Positions 39,586-52,950 of a stretch of DNA of 64,000 nucleotides are shown in pieces. The stretch is from Eledone cirrhosa (taxonomy: Eukaryota): NCBI GenBank assembly GCA_964016885.1, contig OZ024742.1, forward strand, positions 93,682,001 through 93,746,000. Reading direction: 5' to 3'. The notes below the pieces were generated by a model. It had not been told where the DNA came from. It searched no databases and saw only the letters and a program-made list of their open reading frames with translations. Positions within the stretch are counted from its first letter, which is position 1; each line of letters begins with the position of its first letter. Both the position numbers and the translations under genes were made by a program.

Positions 39586-42446
39586 AACAAAGTCAATCTG
39601 TAAACGCAGAACTGGATATTTCAAAAAACGTTGCAACCGGAGGAAGACAGGAAGACGATACTTTGGTTCGTGGAAACGTTCGCTGGCAAAGAACGGGAAA
39701 AAACGAATAACACGTCATTAATAGGAGCGGTGAAAAACAATTACGCGCAAAGACAGAACCACGTTTATGGTATAAAAGAGGTCGTAGACTAATGTTCTCT
39801 TAGCTGGTGCATAGAGACGTTCTCTGGCAATGAACGAAAAAAACGAAGATAATAAGTCATATGTGGAGCGTGGAGAACAATAGCACGCAAAGACAAAACC
39901 ACGTACATGGTATAGCAGAAGTTGTAGACTAAAATTCTAACTAGGAGACCAAATGAATCTCCGCTACAGAGTTAAGAACAAAGTAAATAAATACAATACA
40001 GAAGTAATAGAAACAAATAAATACATACACGCAAACAGATACGTACATACACAAGCATACGCAAAACCTTACCATAGGTATACAAAACCACGCACATATA
40101 AATATGTGTGTGTGTGTATGCTTGTGTGCAAATAAATAAATAATTATATAAACGTATATAAGTAAATAAATACGTATATAACAAGTGCACACACATACCT
40201 ACAAATAAATACACGAATGTTCGTAGACGTAAGTCAACTAAAACAAGAAGTACACATATACACACACCCACCATACGTACGAACCTGCATACTCACGCAG
40301 ACGCAAAACTCCCGTATACACATAGCCAAACCCTAAATACCAGAATATGTAAAAATTATACGCCATAACAGTCAAATATACGTACGAGAAGGTATACATA
40401 CCTTCACAAAACATACGGGTAATATATACTTACCTATGCAAATAAGTAAAGGAATAAACAAAACATATACTTAGCTCCCACATCAAGACGTAAAATATCC
40501 ACGTATAGATCGTGCTATCCGTTAGGGTATAACGTGGGGCTGTAATAGAGGAAAGTTTTGTGCAATTTATGTTTACAAGCCGAAATTGCCTCAGATTTTT
40601 TGTTTGAGATGTGGTCTGTGGAGTAGAGTATTTCCAGGGCCTCAGCGGCGCAGAGGTCACATGGTCTTTTATTTCCGTTATGCGATCTAGCCCTAGCTAG
40701 AATCTCCCAGTGTAACTTATATTGGGTGTGGTTGTCTTTTAGACTCCAGATATACTTATTACAATGAAGCTCTTGCTCGAAGTGGATTTGTCGATAAGGT
40801 ATAGCATATACAGAGTACGAAAATAGACCTAGAAGAAATAGATCCCGTCGCATTTGTTGGTTTAACCCACAATATAATATGGAGGTGGCCACACCATTAG
40901 CTAAGATCTTTCTTTCCCTTATTACGAAGCATTTTCCCCCTACACATAAATATAGTAACATTTTTAATAGAAATACTATTAAAATTTCTTACTCTACGAC
41001 TCCTAACCTTGCACATAACATCACAGCTTCAAATTTAGCTAAACTACCTAACCGTAGGAACACGTGCAACCCTGTAGTTAGTACTAACTGTAATTGTAGG
41101 AATCGGGCTGATTGCCCCCTATCCGGGAAATGCCTCTCTAGTAACACCCACGTTGTAACACCCACGTCCCGTAGGGCCTACATAGGGTTAACCGCCAATA
41201 GTTTCAAGTAGCGTCTTTACATGCATACCCATTCTTTTCGTTACCCTCTAAGAAGGAATATGACGTAACTTTCAGCTTATATCTGGAGTCTAAAAGACAA
41301 CCACACCCAATATAAGTTACACTGAGAGATCCTAGCTAGGTCTAGATCGTATAACGGAAATAAAAGACCATGTGACCTCTGCGCCGCTGAGGCCCTGGAA
41401 ATACTCTACGCCACAGACCACATCTTAAACAAAAAATCTGAGGCAATTTCGGCTTGTAAACATAAATTGCACAAAACTTTCCTGTATTACAGCCCCACGT
41501 TATAACCTAACGGATAGCACGAACTATACGTGGATATTTTACGTCTTGATGTGGGAGCTAAGTATATGTTTTGTTTATTCCTTTACTTATTTGCATAGGT
41601 AAGTATATATTACCCGTATGTTTTGTGAAGGTATGTATACCTTCTCGTACGTATATTTGACTGTTATGGCGTATCATTTTTACATATTCTGGTATTTAGG
41701 GTTTGGCTATGTGTATACGGGAGTTTTGCGTCTGCGTGAGTATGCAGGTTCGTACGTATGGTGGGTGTGTGTACATGTGTACTTCTTGTTTTAGTTGACT
41801 TACGTCTCCGAACATTCGTGTATTTATTTGTAGGTATGTGTGTGCGCTTGTTATATACGTATTTATTTACTTATATACGTTTATATAATTATTTATTTAT
41901 TTGCACACAAGCATACACACACACACATTTTTATATGTGCGTGGTTTTGTATACCTATGGTAAGGTTTTGCGTATGCTTGTGTATGTACGTATCTGTTTG
42001 CGTGTATGTATTTATTTGTTTCTATTACTTCTGTATTATATTTATTTACTTTGTTCTTAACTCTGTAGCGGAGATTCATTTGGTCTCCTAGTTATAATTT
42101 TAGTCTACAACTTCTGCTATACCATGTACGTGGTTTTGTCTTTGCGTGCTATTGTTCTCCACGCTCCACATATGACTTATTATCTTCGTTTTTTTCGTTC
42201 ATTGCCAGAGAACGTCTCTATGCACCAGCTAAGAGAACATTAGTCTACGACCTCTTTTATACCATAAACGTGGTTCTGTCTTTGCGCGTAATTATTTTTC
42301 ACCGCTCCTATTAATGACGTATTATTCGTTTTTTCCCGTTCTTTGCCAGCGAACGTTTCCACGAACCAAAGTATCGTCTTCCTGTCTTCCTCCGGTTGCA
42401 ACGTTTTTTGAAATATCCAGTTCTGCGTTTACAGATTGACTTTGTT

Positions 42447-42497
42447 AGTTTCAGAAGATCCCGTTAAGGGTGAAAGCAGCTATTCTTTGCTTAAACT
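42447..42497 (+). ncRNA. Type I hammerhead variant
   Basis: agttt CAGAAGA t ccc-gttaa-ggg t GAAA gca...tgc TT aaact. Confidence 0.7.
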
Positions 42498-42513
42498 TTA
42501 ATCTGTTATTTTA

Positions 42514-42610
<97 letters not shown>

Positions 42611-42642
42611 AACCTGTCCATATATATATATATATATATATA

Positions 42643-43205
42643 GTGCAACCTGTCTCATGGTCGTTGGCGACTAAACTGGCAACCCCACCAAGGTTTCTTG
42701 GTGAGGAGGGTGACTTTGGACATCCTGCAGGACTAAAAACAAAACCTGTCAAAGGGCAAAGGAGCTCTTAAGAGTCAATGGCCATCCAAAATCACCGGGA
42801 GAGATGACCCCTTAGCCTTTGTCAAGGCAGAATTCTAGGAGAAGGAAAACTCAGATATAACACCGGCAACCCTGATGATATACAATGGTGTTGACTTGTT
42901 CTTCTTTTTGGTAAATATAATCTTGATTAAGAGAGTGGGACTGGCTTTTTTCAGTGCCTTTGCTCACTATAAAAGCTTCACGGCACAGGCATTGCTTTAT
43001 ATCTGGAGATCTCTCTGCAATTGTCGTTACATGGTACCATGGGCCCAGCACTATGTGTCAATAATTGTCATAAGTGTAGTGTTTGTACCAGAGTTTTCAA
43101 GTCACTGGCTGGACTAAAAAGTCACACTCGTTCAGCGCATCGGTAGGGGTTCTCCTACGTGGATATAAAGTAGTGGCCGTACTCGAAAACGAGTTGGCAG
43201 CCACC
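42643..43205 (+). mobile_element. Bipartite RTE-derived short element (RTE 5'UTR-like part + RTE 3' end), longest copy
   Basis: ctaggagaaggaaaactc motif recalled from RTE 5'UTRs, zinc-finger remnant, tail ggccgtactcgaaaacgag; (TA)n on both sides. Confidence 0.75.
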
Positions 43206-43230
43206 ATATATATATATATATATATATATA

Positions 43231-44091
43231 TCACGATACATTAACGGAGCCATAGACACTCGTCGTTCTCTGTAAATAATGTGCTCAAAGGAGAGGAAAT
43301 CCTGAGCACTTTAAAACACAATATGTTGAAAAGGTAACACACTAGTGATAGACACAGTGCGCTATCAATAAAACAGGGAAAAACCACCAGTGTATGGAAT
43401 CTACAACGTATGAAAGGCAGAGTATAGACACGATAATTAAAAATATAAATTAAAGCGTAAATAAATACCTCTATTACTATATAACACACGTACAAATCCA
43501 AAGTGATCTGTTTCGCCAGTAAGTTATTGACAGAAATGAAATAACCCAGGTTCATCAGCGTGTGTAAGGCTATACATTTCACACAAAACTAAGAGAATTT
43601 TTAAAGCGACCGTGCGGCTACACGTGGGAGAGAGAAGTCATAGCGTGTTTAAGGGCAGTGAACCAGTGGCCTCTGAGGGACGAGCTGCTAGAAAGGGCAG
43701 CCCAAAACCACTCAGAGAAGTGTGCTCAACCAAACAGAGGGAGAGAAAAGACTGTTATAAAGAGCGAAATATCACGATACATTAACGGAGCCATAGACTC
43801 TCGTCGTTCATTGTAGATAATCTGCTCAAACGAGAGGCAATCCTGCGCTCTTTAAAATACAATATGTTGAAAAGGTAACACACTAGAGAGAGATACAGTG
43901 CGCTACAGATCACTTTGGATTTGTACGTGTGTTATATAGTTATAGAGGTAGTTATTTACGCTTTAATTTATATTTTTAATTATCGTGTCTCTACTCTGCC
44001 TTTCATAGTTTATAGATTCCATACACTGGTGGGTTTTCCCTGTTTTATTGATAGCGCACTGTATCTCTCACTAGTGTGTTACCTTTTCAAC

Positions 44092-44095
<4 letters not shown>
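43231..44095 (-). mobile_element. Rearranged PLE-type terminal cassette (direct + inverted duplication)
   Basis: 43231-43363 repeated at 43772-43904; 43321-43511 inverted at 43905-44095; (TA)n flanks. Confidence 0.75.
43484..43565 (-). ncRNA. Type I hammerhead ribozyme motif
   Basis: rc acacacg CTGATGA acc-tgggttatt...aataactta-ctggc GAAA cagatc-actttg-gatttg TA cgtgtgt; 7-bp stem I. Confidence 0.8.
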
Positions 44096-44165
<70 letters not shown>

Positions 44166-44210
44166 CTACAGAGCTTATTAGTTATGTAATAAACAACATA
44201 AGATAATTAT

Positions 44211-44271
44211 GTCATTTACCAGTGGTTTCTTGAAAGCAGATATTGTATCTGTTTTGAGTCGTCAGAATGAA
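44211..44271 (-). ncRNA. Hammerhead motif, inverted copy of 45862-45922
   Basis: Lies within 44165-44295, the rc of 45835-45968. Confidence 0.75.
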
Positions 44272-44302
44272 TAAAAACACATTTATATTAATAAATAAAT
44301 AA

Positions 44303-44382
<80 letters not shown>

Positions 44383-44466
44383 GTATATATATTTATATGT
44401 ATATATATATATATGTATGTATATAGATATATATATATATATGTATATATATATATGTATATATAT

Positions 44467-44532
<66 letters not shown>

Positions 44533-44818
44533 AAGTATACACGGGTGTGCATGATTGTGTATAGAAGATTATATTAATAAAAGGAATTCCAACTTAGTCT
44601 GATTTACTCGTTTTATTTACAATCCTTTAACATTTATAATGGTATTAGAATGAAATAGTATGGTAGAATATTAAATGTTAAGTGTTAATTGATACATTTG
44701 ATACATTTCCTATTGGTACAGTGGGTTTTCTTAAAAATTTTCCATAAAATCCCTGATCAGCAAAACCTACCCTTTTAAGAAAACCCACTGTACCAATAGG
44801 AAATGTATCATATGTAAG

Positions 44819-45193
44819 GTGAACCCCCGGATAAACTGTAAAACTAGAAACGTAGTCTATAGCATAAGATGTACAGAGGGTACTTGCAGAAACATGACGG
44901 CAGCATGCATGGGTGGGACAGCTCGTAGCGTGGGCGAGGGGATGGACCAACGCTGGGGGGAACTGGGGGGACGAAAGAACGGGTCAGTACTGTGCGAGCA
45001 TGCTAGACAGCAGCATGACGGTAACATGGACAACATAGAAATTAGAATGATGTCTAAACATGGGAATGGCCCAGCAGATGGGCAAATCAGAGAAGCCAGT
45101 GAAATAGAAATTAGAAGACCAAAGCTAAACAGAAAGAATGAGTGGAACAACAACAACACCCAAACAGGCAACACTGACCTAAGAGAGGTATAA
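44819..45193 (+). pseudogene. GIY-YIG endonuclease fragment of a different PLE lineage
   Basis: NCKTRNVVYSIRC..C.....GGT.R...EH...H...REA.EI...PKLN; lacks the CNC..CPL motif of the Naiad-type copies; preceded by a ~39-bp inverted repeat (44699-44810). Confidence 0.65.
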
Positions 45194-45783
45194 ATAAGTA
45201 AATAAAATAAAATAAAATAAGATAAATAAATACATACACAGGCACAGTGACAACAAGCACATAAACACACACTAGTCACCCAACAGACACAACACTATAC
45301 ACACTAGTCACACAGCACACATAACACTATACGCACACGCAAACGCGTGCGCAGAGAAGACAAAATAAAATAAACAAACAAGCAAATAAATAAATAAATA
45401 TATAGACAGACTGAATAAAAAATGGCGTAGACATACAACACAACAGGAGGAAAAAAATATAACACCACTGACGATGTTGCAGATGTGCAACGAAAGATTT
45501 ATGTAAATTATGTAAACTATATATATGTGTTTGTGTCTATATTGTATCTGTATTATTTTTGACCGTCGGTCAGTCAATGGCAACATTGAGGACCGAGTAG
45601 GTTAGATCGCAGATATATATATATAAAAGACAGCGAGAAGCGAAAACCCACCAAACAGTGAGTGTGTTCTGTTATTAATTCTGGCAATATTACGCAAATA
45701 TGACCCTCCCCAAGTATAACAATATCTGTTTCGACACACGATTTCATATAAAAAACCTCGCTAAACTAATTCATCGCCGCTAC

Positions 45784-45817
<34 letters not shown>

Positions 45818-45861
45818 TTATTTATTTATTTATTTATTTATTAATATAAATGCGTTTTTTA

Positions 45862-45922
45862 TTCATTCTGACGACTGAAAACAGATACAATATCTGCTTT
45901 CAAGAAACCACTGGTAAATGAA
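45862..45922 (+). ncRNA. Type I hammerhead ribozyme motif
   Basis: ttcatt CTGACGA c-tgaaa-a-cagata-caa-tatctg-c-tttca-a GAAA ccactgg TA aatgaa. Confidence 0.8.
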
Positions 45923-46119
45923 ATAATTTTCTTATGTTGTTTATTACATAACTAATAATCTCTGTAGCCTACATAGAACACTCTCTTTTCCTTGTACCTT
46001 TCCAACGGAATTACTTCATTCAAACATATATATATATGTGTATATATACATATACATATATATATATATGTATATATATATATATGTATATACATATATA
46101 TATATGTATATATATATAC

Positions 46120-46177
<58 letters not shown>

Positions 46178-46240
46178 ATATACATATATACATATATATA
46201 TGTACATATATATATATATAGAGAGAGAGAGATAGATAGA

Positions 46241-46866
46241 TATACATGAATGTATGTATAGTATATTTGGCAATATACTGTATGTTTAATTAAAAACATT
46301 TTGAAGACCAAACGCTATCGGTTTTAAAGTAGTGACTATGTCACTTACTTCTTTTTCGGCGAAAGAAGGGAGAGAAGCTAACAGTCTGTTTCACGCTGTT
46401 TGGCGATCATTAGAGCCACGCACTTCCTGTTACCGCCGAAAATTATAGAAGCAGGATTCTTATAGAATTCCAGTAATAATCAGGAGCTGATTATACAGAG
46501 CGATTGCCATTCCAGCAAAAATTAGGAATTAGGATTGGTGCTCTGAAATAGCGATGTATACATGAATGTATGTATAGTATATTTGGCAATATACCGTATG
46601 TTCAATTAAAAATTATTACTGGAATTCTATAAGAATACAGCTTCTATAATTTTCGGCGGAAGCAGGGAGTGCGTGGTTCTAATGATCGCCAAACAGCGTG
46701 AAACAGACTGCTAGCTTCTCTCCCTTCTTTCTCCGAAAAAGAAGTAAGTGACATAGTCACTACTTTAAAACCGATAGCGTTTGGTATTCAAAATGTTTTT
46801 AATTAAACATACGGTATACTATACATACATTCATGTATACATCGCTATTTCAGAGCACCAATCCTA

Positions 46867-46867
<1 letters not shown>
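46241..46867. mobile_element. Fold-back cassette with hammerhead remnants (46376-46417 minus, 46675-46716 plus)
   Basis: ~46241-46480 inverted at ~46612-46841; motif ggct CTAATGA t cgc-caaaca-gcg t GAAA cagactg TT agct (G5A in both copies). Confidence 0.7.
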
Positions 46868-47510
<643 letters not shown>

Positions 47511-47712
47511 TAGATAGATAGATATATAGAAAGATAGATAGATAGATAGATAGATAAATATACACGGGTGTGTATGATTGTGTATAGAAGATTATATTAA
47601 TAAAAGGAATTCCAACTTTGTCTGATTTATTAGTTTTATTTACAATCCTTTAAAATTTATAATGGTATTAGAATGAAATAGTATGGTAGAATATTAAATG
47701 TTAAGTTTTAAT

Positions 47713-47751
47713 TGAACAAGTACTTTCATGCTTTCGCAATCTTCAGGTTCA
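47713..47751 (-). ncRNA. Minimal type I hammerhead variant
   Basis: rc tgaac CTGAAGA t tgc-gaaa-gca t GAAA gtac TT gttca; the flank 47560-47715 is repeated at 44537-44692. Confidence 0.75.
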
Positions 47752-47804
47752 TAATGTGTGGTGACAGTCAAGTTTGCAATTTTCAAATGCATATATATAT
47801 AAAT

Positions 47805-49150
<1,346 letters not shown>

Positions 49151-49464
49151 AGTGTAACTTCCAGATGGTGTACGTTCACCAGAGTGAGAACACAATGCGT
49201 AGTTTCCAGTAAGTATAGAGGTGTAGAACTAAGTATTATGCCTACAAATCAGCCAAAACACAACACCCCCGCAACTCACACCACCCATCACTCTCTATCG
49301 CCACCTCGTTATTATAATTCTTCCCCCACATATCATACATACCAAAAGAGTCCTTCTAGCAAAACAACCAATCAAAATGATATTTAACAGACCACCATAA
49401 ATGAATGTGAATCGTTATATACCTTTTCTACGCCCTAAGAGGTTCATTCTGTCATTGCCACAGA

Positions 49465-49551
49465 AGAAGTCCGATGAGCTTTTGATTCCAGTGAAGGGCT
49501 AGATTGATACAGATCGAACTTTGAGCTGATAGCGAAACACGCGTCACTACT
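49465..49551 (+). ncRNA. Type I hammerhead variant in a (TA)n-flanked cassette (49147-49590)
   Basis: agaagt CCGATGA gct...agc GAAA cacgcg TC actact, followed by aataaa. Confidence 0.6.
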
Positions 49552-49588
49552 CAATAAACGTAATGAAGACATAACAAATCGTCCTTTT

Positions 49589-49652
<64 letters not shown>

Positions 49653-49654
<2 letters not shown>

Positions 49655-49742
49655 TGTCCCAAAAAATGCATACATTTTGATTTGTGACACCAATATTTAT
49701 TAGAATGCTGTTGAAGTGTCTATGCTTTTTGGGGACACTCTG
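49653..49742. mobile_element. Tc1-type mini-MITE
   Basis: Inverted ends gtgtcccaaaaaatgcata / tatgctttttggggacac in TA context. Confidence 0.55.
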
Positions 49743-50971
49743 TATATATATATATATATTTGTGAAGCATGGGGGCTCTTATAGCAATCAGGAAAATGAA
49801 TATACAGTAAAAGAAGTACTAATTATGTTTTCTTCATACATTTTACACATCTTCTGCGTAATCCTTTTCTTTATTCCGGTGACAAAAGATCACTGGCTAT
49901 ACTCCTCAATAAATTAATAATGATATCACATTCATGTTTTTTTTGCTTCATGGTCCCAGAAGGGCAGTTTCTCTACCTTGGAAAAGAGCAAGGGAGAAAT
50001 TCTGAATGAAGCATTCCAACTCATGTGGCTTGTGCTGGTGAATGGCCATTTGCAATCCAATTACAGTGAATATGGAGGGGATTCATGTAGATATAGGTGA
50101 GTGGCCCATACTTTTATCCTTCTGTCAAGCTTCTTCATGAAACATGATCACACATTATATTTAACAATATATAGTCGAATATAAGCTGGTACAAGTATAA
50201 ATCGACCCCAATATTTTATGTTTGAGAAATTGGAAAAAATCCAAACCTTATTTATGTAGAATTTGAAGTTGGTCAAAATCGTCAAAATATTGACCTTGAA
50301 TATAAGCTGACCTCCTTCTATCATCGATTCTTTGGTCACATATTCCTCGGCTTATATTCTTTAAATCATTTTTGTAAACACAACTCTAGCAATTACAGCA
50401 CGAACGAATTATTTTATCCAATCAAATAAATAATAAACAAAACTCTTAAATTCACTTTATAAGTGTCAAAATGTTTGTTTGCTACATGTTAAGTGACACA
50501 GTTTCACTACAACTAATTTAAAACTTAGTTTCTGGCTAGTTGTTTAAGGCTTCAGGAATTTTAATAGTTTTCATGTTTTTTTTTTGTTATTTTTTTGTTT
50601 TGTTTTGTTTTTTTGAAGTAGGTGAAATGACTCTTCCACAAAGTAATTGCTTTTGTTTCAAGATATGGTCTCAGATTAAGTTACTTGCTAAACAATACAA
50701 CTCTGAAACCATAATGTGTTTCTGATAGTTATCTGATTATTTTATCTAATTATTTTGTGTATTTTAATGACTATCAATAAATTGTGTAATATTTCTGGCC
50801 CTCCTCAATATTTTGCTATATTAGTGACCACATATTTTGGAATATCATTGTATGACTTTATCACATGACGCAATCACAGTAGTAATAATAAAGAAAGAAT
50901 TATTGTTGTTGTTGTTATTGTTACTATTACTATCATCATCATCATATCATAAGATTTGGTCATCATCGTCG

Positions 50972-51007
<36 letters not shown>

Positions 51008-51044
51008 CCGTCATCATCTTATTATTATTATTGTTATTATTTGA

Positions 51045-51313
51045 AAATTTATTTCCCATATCTTGGTGAGTGCCAACCTGGCAACTGAGACAAAATTTGA
51101 TAATACACACATTTTACAATAAATTTTCATACAAATAAGGGCACAAGCAACAATAAATATCTTTCCAATGTGTTTAAATTGATAATGCTCTTCACAGTAT
51201 CAGTCAGCATTATTTTCTGTATGTATTGCAGAAATGGCTTTCCAGGTATCTTGTTCAAATATCATTCAGTTTCTTTTTTATCATTCCAAATGCACCGACT
51301 ATCACTGGCATTG

Positions 51314-51315
<2 letters not shown>
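51045..51315 (-). mobile_element. Short R4/Dong-like LINE 3' fragment
   Basis: rc translates PVIVGAFGMIKK...IPG.P....IQKI.LT.T, matching the 56767-57210 C-terminus; (TTA)n on both sides. Confidence 0.65.
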
Positions 51316-51375
<60 letters not shown>

Positions 51376-51527
51376 CATTATTATTATTACATCACAGAAA
51401 CAAACTACGTACAAACCACTAAAATTGCACCCCCCCCCCACACACACGCACACATCAAAATAATAGAAATCACACAAAAAAAATTACATAATATTAAACA
51501 AATATCAGATGAAAGAATGGTATTTAA

Positions 51528-52950
51528 CTAATGTATTGGTACGCGATGGGGCCAACCCACAGCCCCGGCGGACAGAATGGAGAAGGCGTTTCCCCGGAGG
51601 GCTGCAAAGGAGACGCGCTGGAAAAGCCACTCCAACTCGCGGGGCTCACACCTGCGGCTGGCCAGCTCAGCGCCTATGGTGGTGAGTAAGGAGGTAGCCC
51701 TGGGGCCGAGGACACCAGAAGTCTCCACTGCCAGGGGAATGACCGCAAACCTGTCGGAGAGCGACCGGTATTTGAGGAGTTTGACCCCCTCAGCCCGACG
51801 TGCAGCAGAACCTGGGTCAGTCGCAGACTGCACCAGGTTGCGGCTGCAGAAAGTGTCGGTGCAAGTGGCATCCCAGACGAGGGGTTTGCCACCGCGGAAC
51901 GGGAAGATGGTCATGCCATCTGGTCTTTTGCCGTCCCCTCGATCCAGCCCCACCGGCTCGAGCTGGGAAGGGAAGCCTGCAGCGTCCAAGCCATGCTTAA
52001 TAACCTCGTTGAGGGCAGCATGGCATGGAATGCGGCCGGCACTGTGGCGACAGGAAAGCGGGTGGAGACCAAAAGAGTCCACGACATTGGTGTGACTGGC
52101 ATATCCGAAGGCCGAGCCTCAGGGAAACGCTGGTTCGCAGGCTATGGTTGTCTAGCTGCGTGCCAGTGGAGTGGGGGGCAGGGCAGGGAGCCAGGCACCA
52201 CTGTGGGGTTTGGAGGCTGCACGAAAACAAGCAAGGCGGTGCTGGTCGAGCTGGCGCGTGAGCCTGTCTGAGGCCAGGCTGCACTGGATGGCATCCCAAG
52301 TACGTTGGGGGGAACACACGTCAACAGGGGTAGAAGGCTGAGGGACGTCTACTGAGCTAAGTCTCAGCCGGTCCCGCGTCTCACAGGTGGCCTCACGTTC
52401 TCTGAACACAGAGGGTTTTGTTGTGTTTTGAAGAACCCTGCTGACGAGGACGCGGCACGAGATTACCGACGAAAGATACGCCGGCAAAGCTAGTGAGATC
52501 GGGGACCGGAGGCCAAGGCCGACATACCTGACCGGTAAAGTGGCCTGTTGCCACCCTATGTCGTCAAACTTGACGTCTATATCCCGTCGGCTGCTGCTCG
52601 GATACAAGTATCGAGGTCAGCGGGGAGAGATGTCTGGGTGTAGCATGGAGCGCTGCGGAGTGTATAGAGGAGCTTCGGCATGGCGAAGCAGTTCCTCAGC
52701 AGAAAGAGAGCTGGGTGGCCGTCAATCAAGCCCAGTCGGCTCGTGAGAGTCTGGAGCTGTTGAAGCCTGCACCGGATGGTAGAGCGGATGGCCGGCGGGT
52801 GGATCGGTGACCCGAGGATGAGGACATCCTCTTTGGGGGTCACCTGAACTGGCGGAGAATGGACTGCACGTCCAAGACGGAGGCTGCAAAGCTCGTAGCA
52901 TCGAGGTTGACGTTCACCACCTCCGACTTGGCCGAGTTGACCTGGAGGCC
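51528..52950 (-). mobile_element. CRE-clade non-LTR retrotransposon, 5'-truncated and frameshifted
   Basis: ILGSPI, LLRNC..PKL.Y.LR, QATLPVR.GLG, SGAWL, KRPDG, WDATC, LRGNA. Confidence 0.88.

Larger units (their letters stand above)
39425..42521 (+). mobile_element. Third, 5'-truncated Naiad-type PLE with ~1.24-kb inverted arms
   Basis: 39511-40754 is the rc of 41279-42521; the spacer encodes YYNEAL.RSGF, WFNP, KISYSTTPN, CNC..CPL, YIGLT; (TA)n flanks. Confidence 0.9.

Noticed and set aside
43671-43717. ctctgag...ctcagag hairpin resembling a ribozyme core
   Set aside because: No properly placed GAAA/NUH; the inner gctgctagaaa..gcagc resembles a dispersed repeat also seen (rc) at 2165-2185 and 2390-2408.
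45465-45510. Hammerhead-like CTGACGA-t-gttgca/tgcaac-GAAA (rc copy at ~9185-9215)
   Set aside because: Core and stem II are present, but I could not find convincing stems I and III; not counted.
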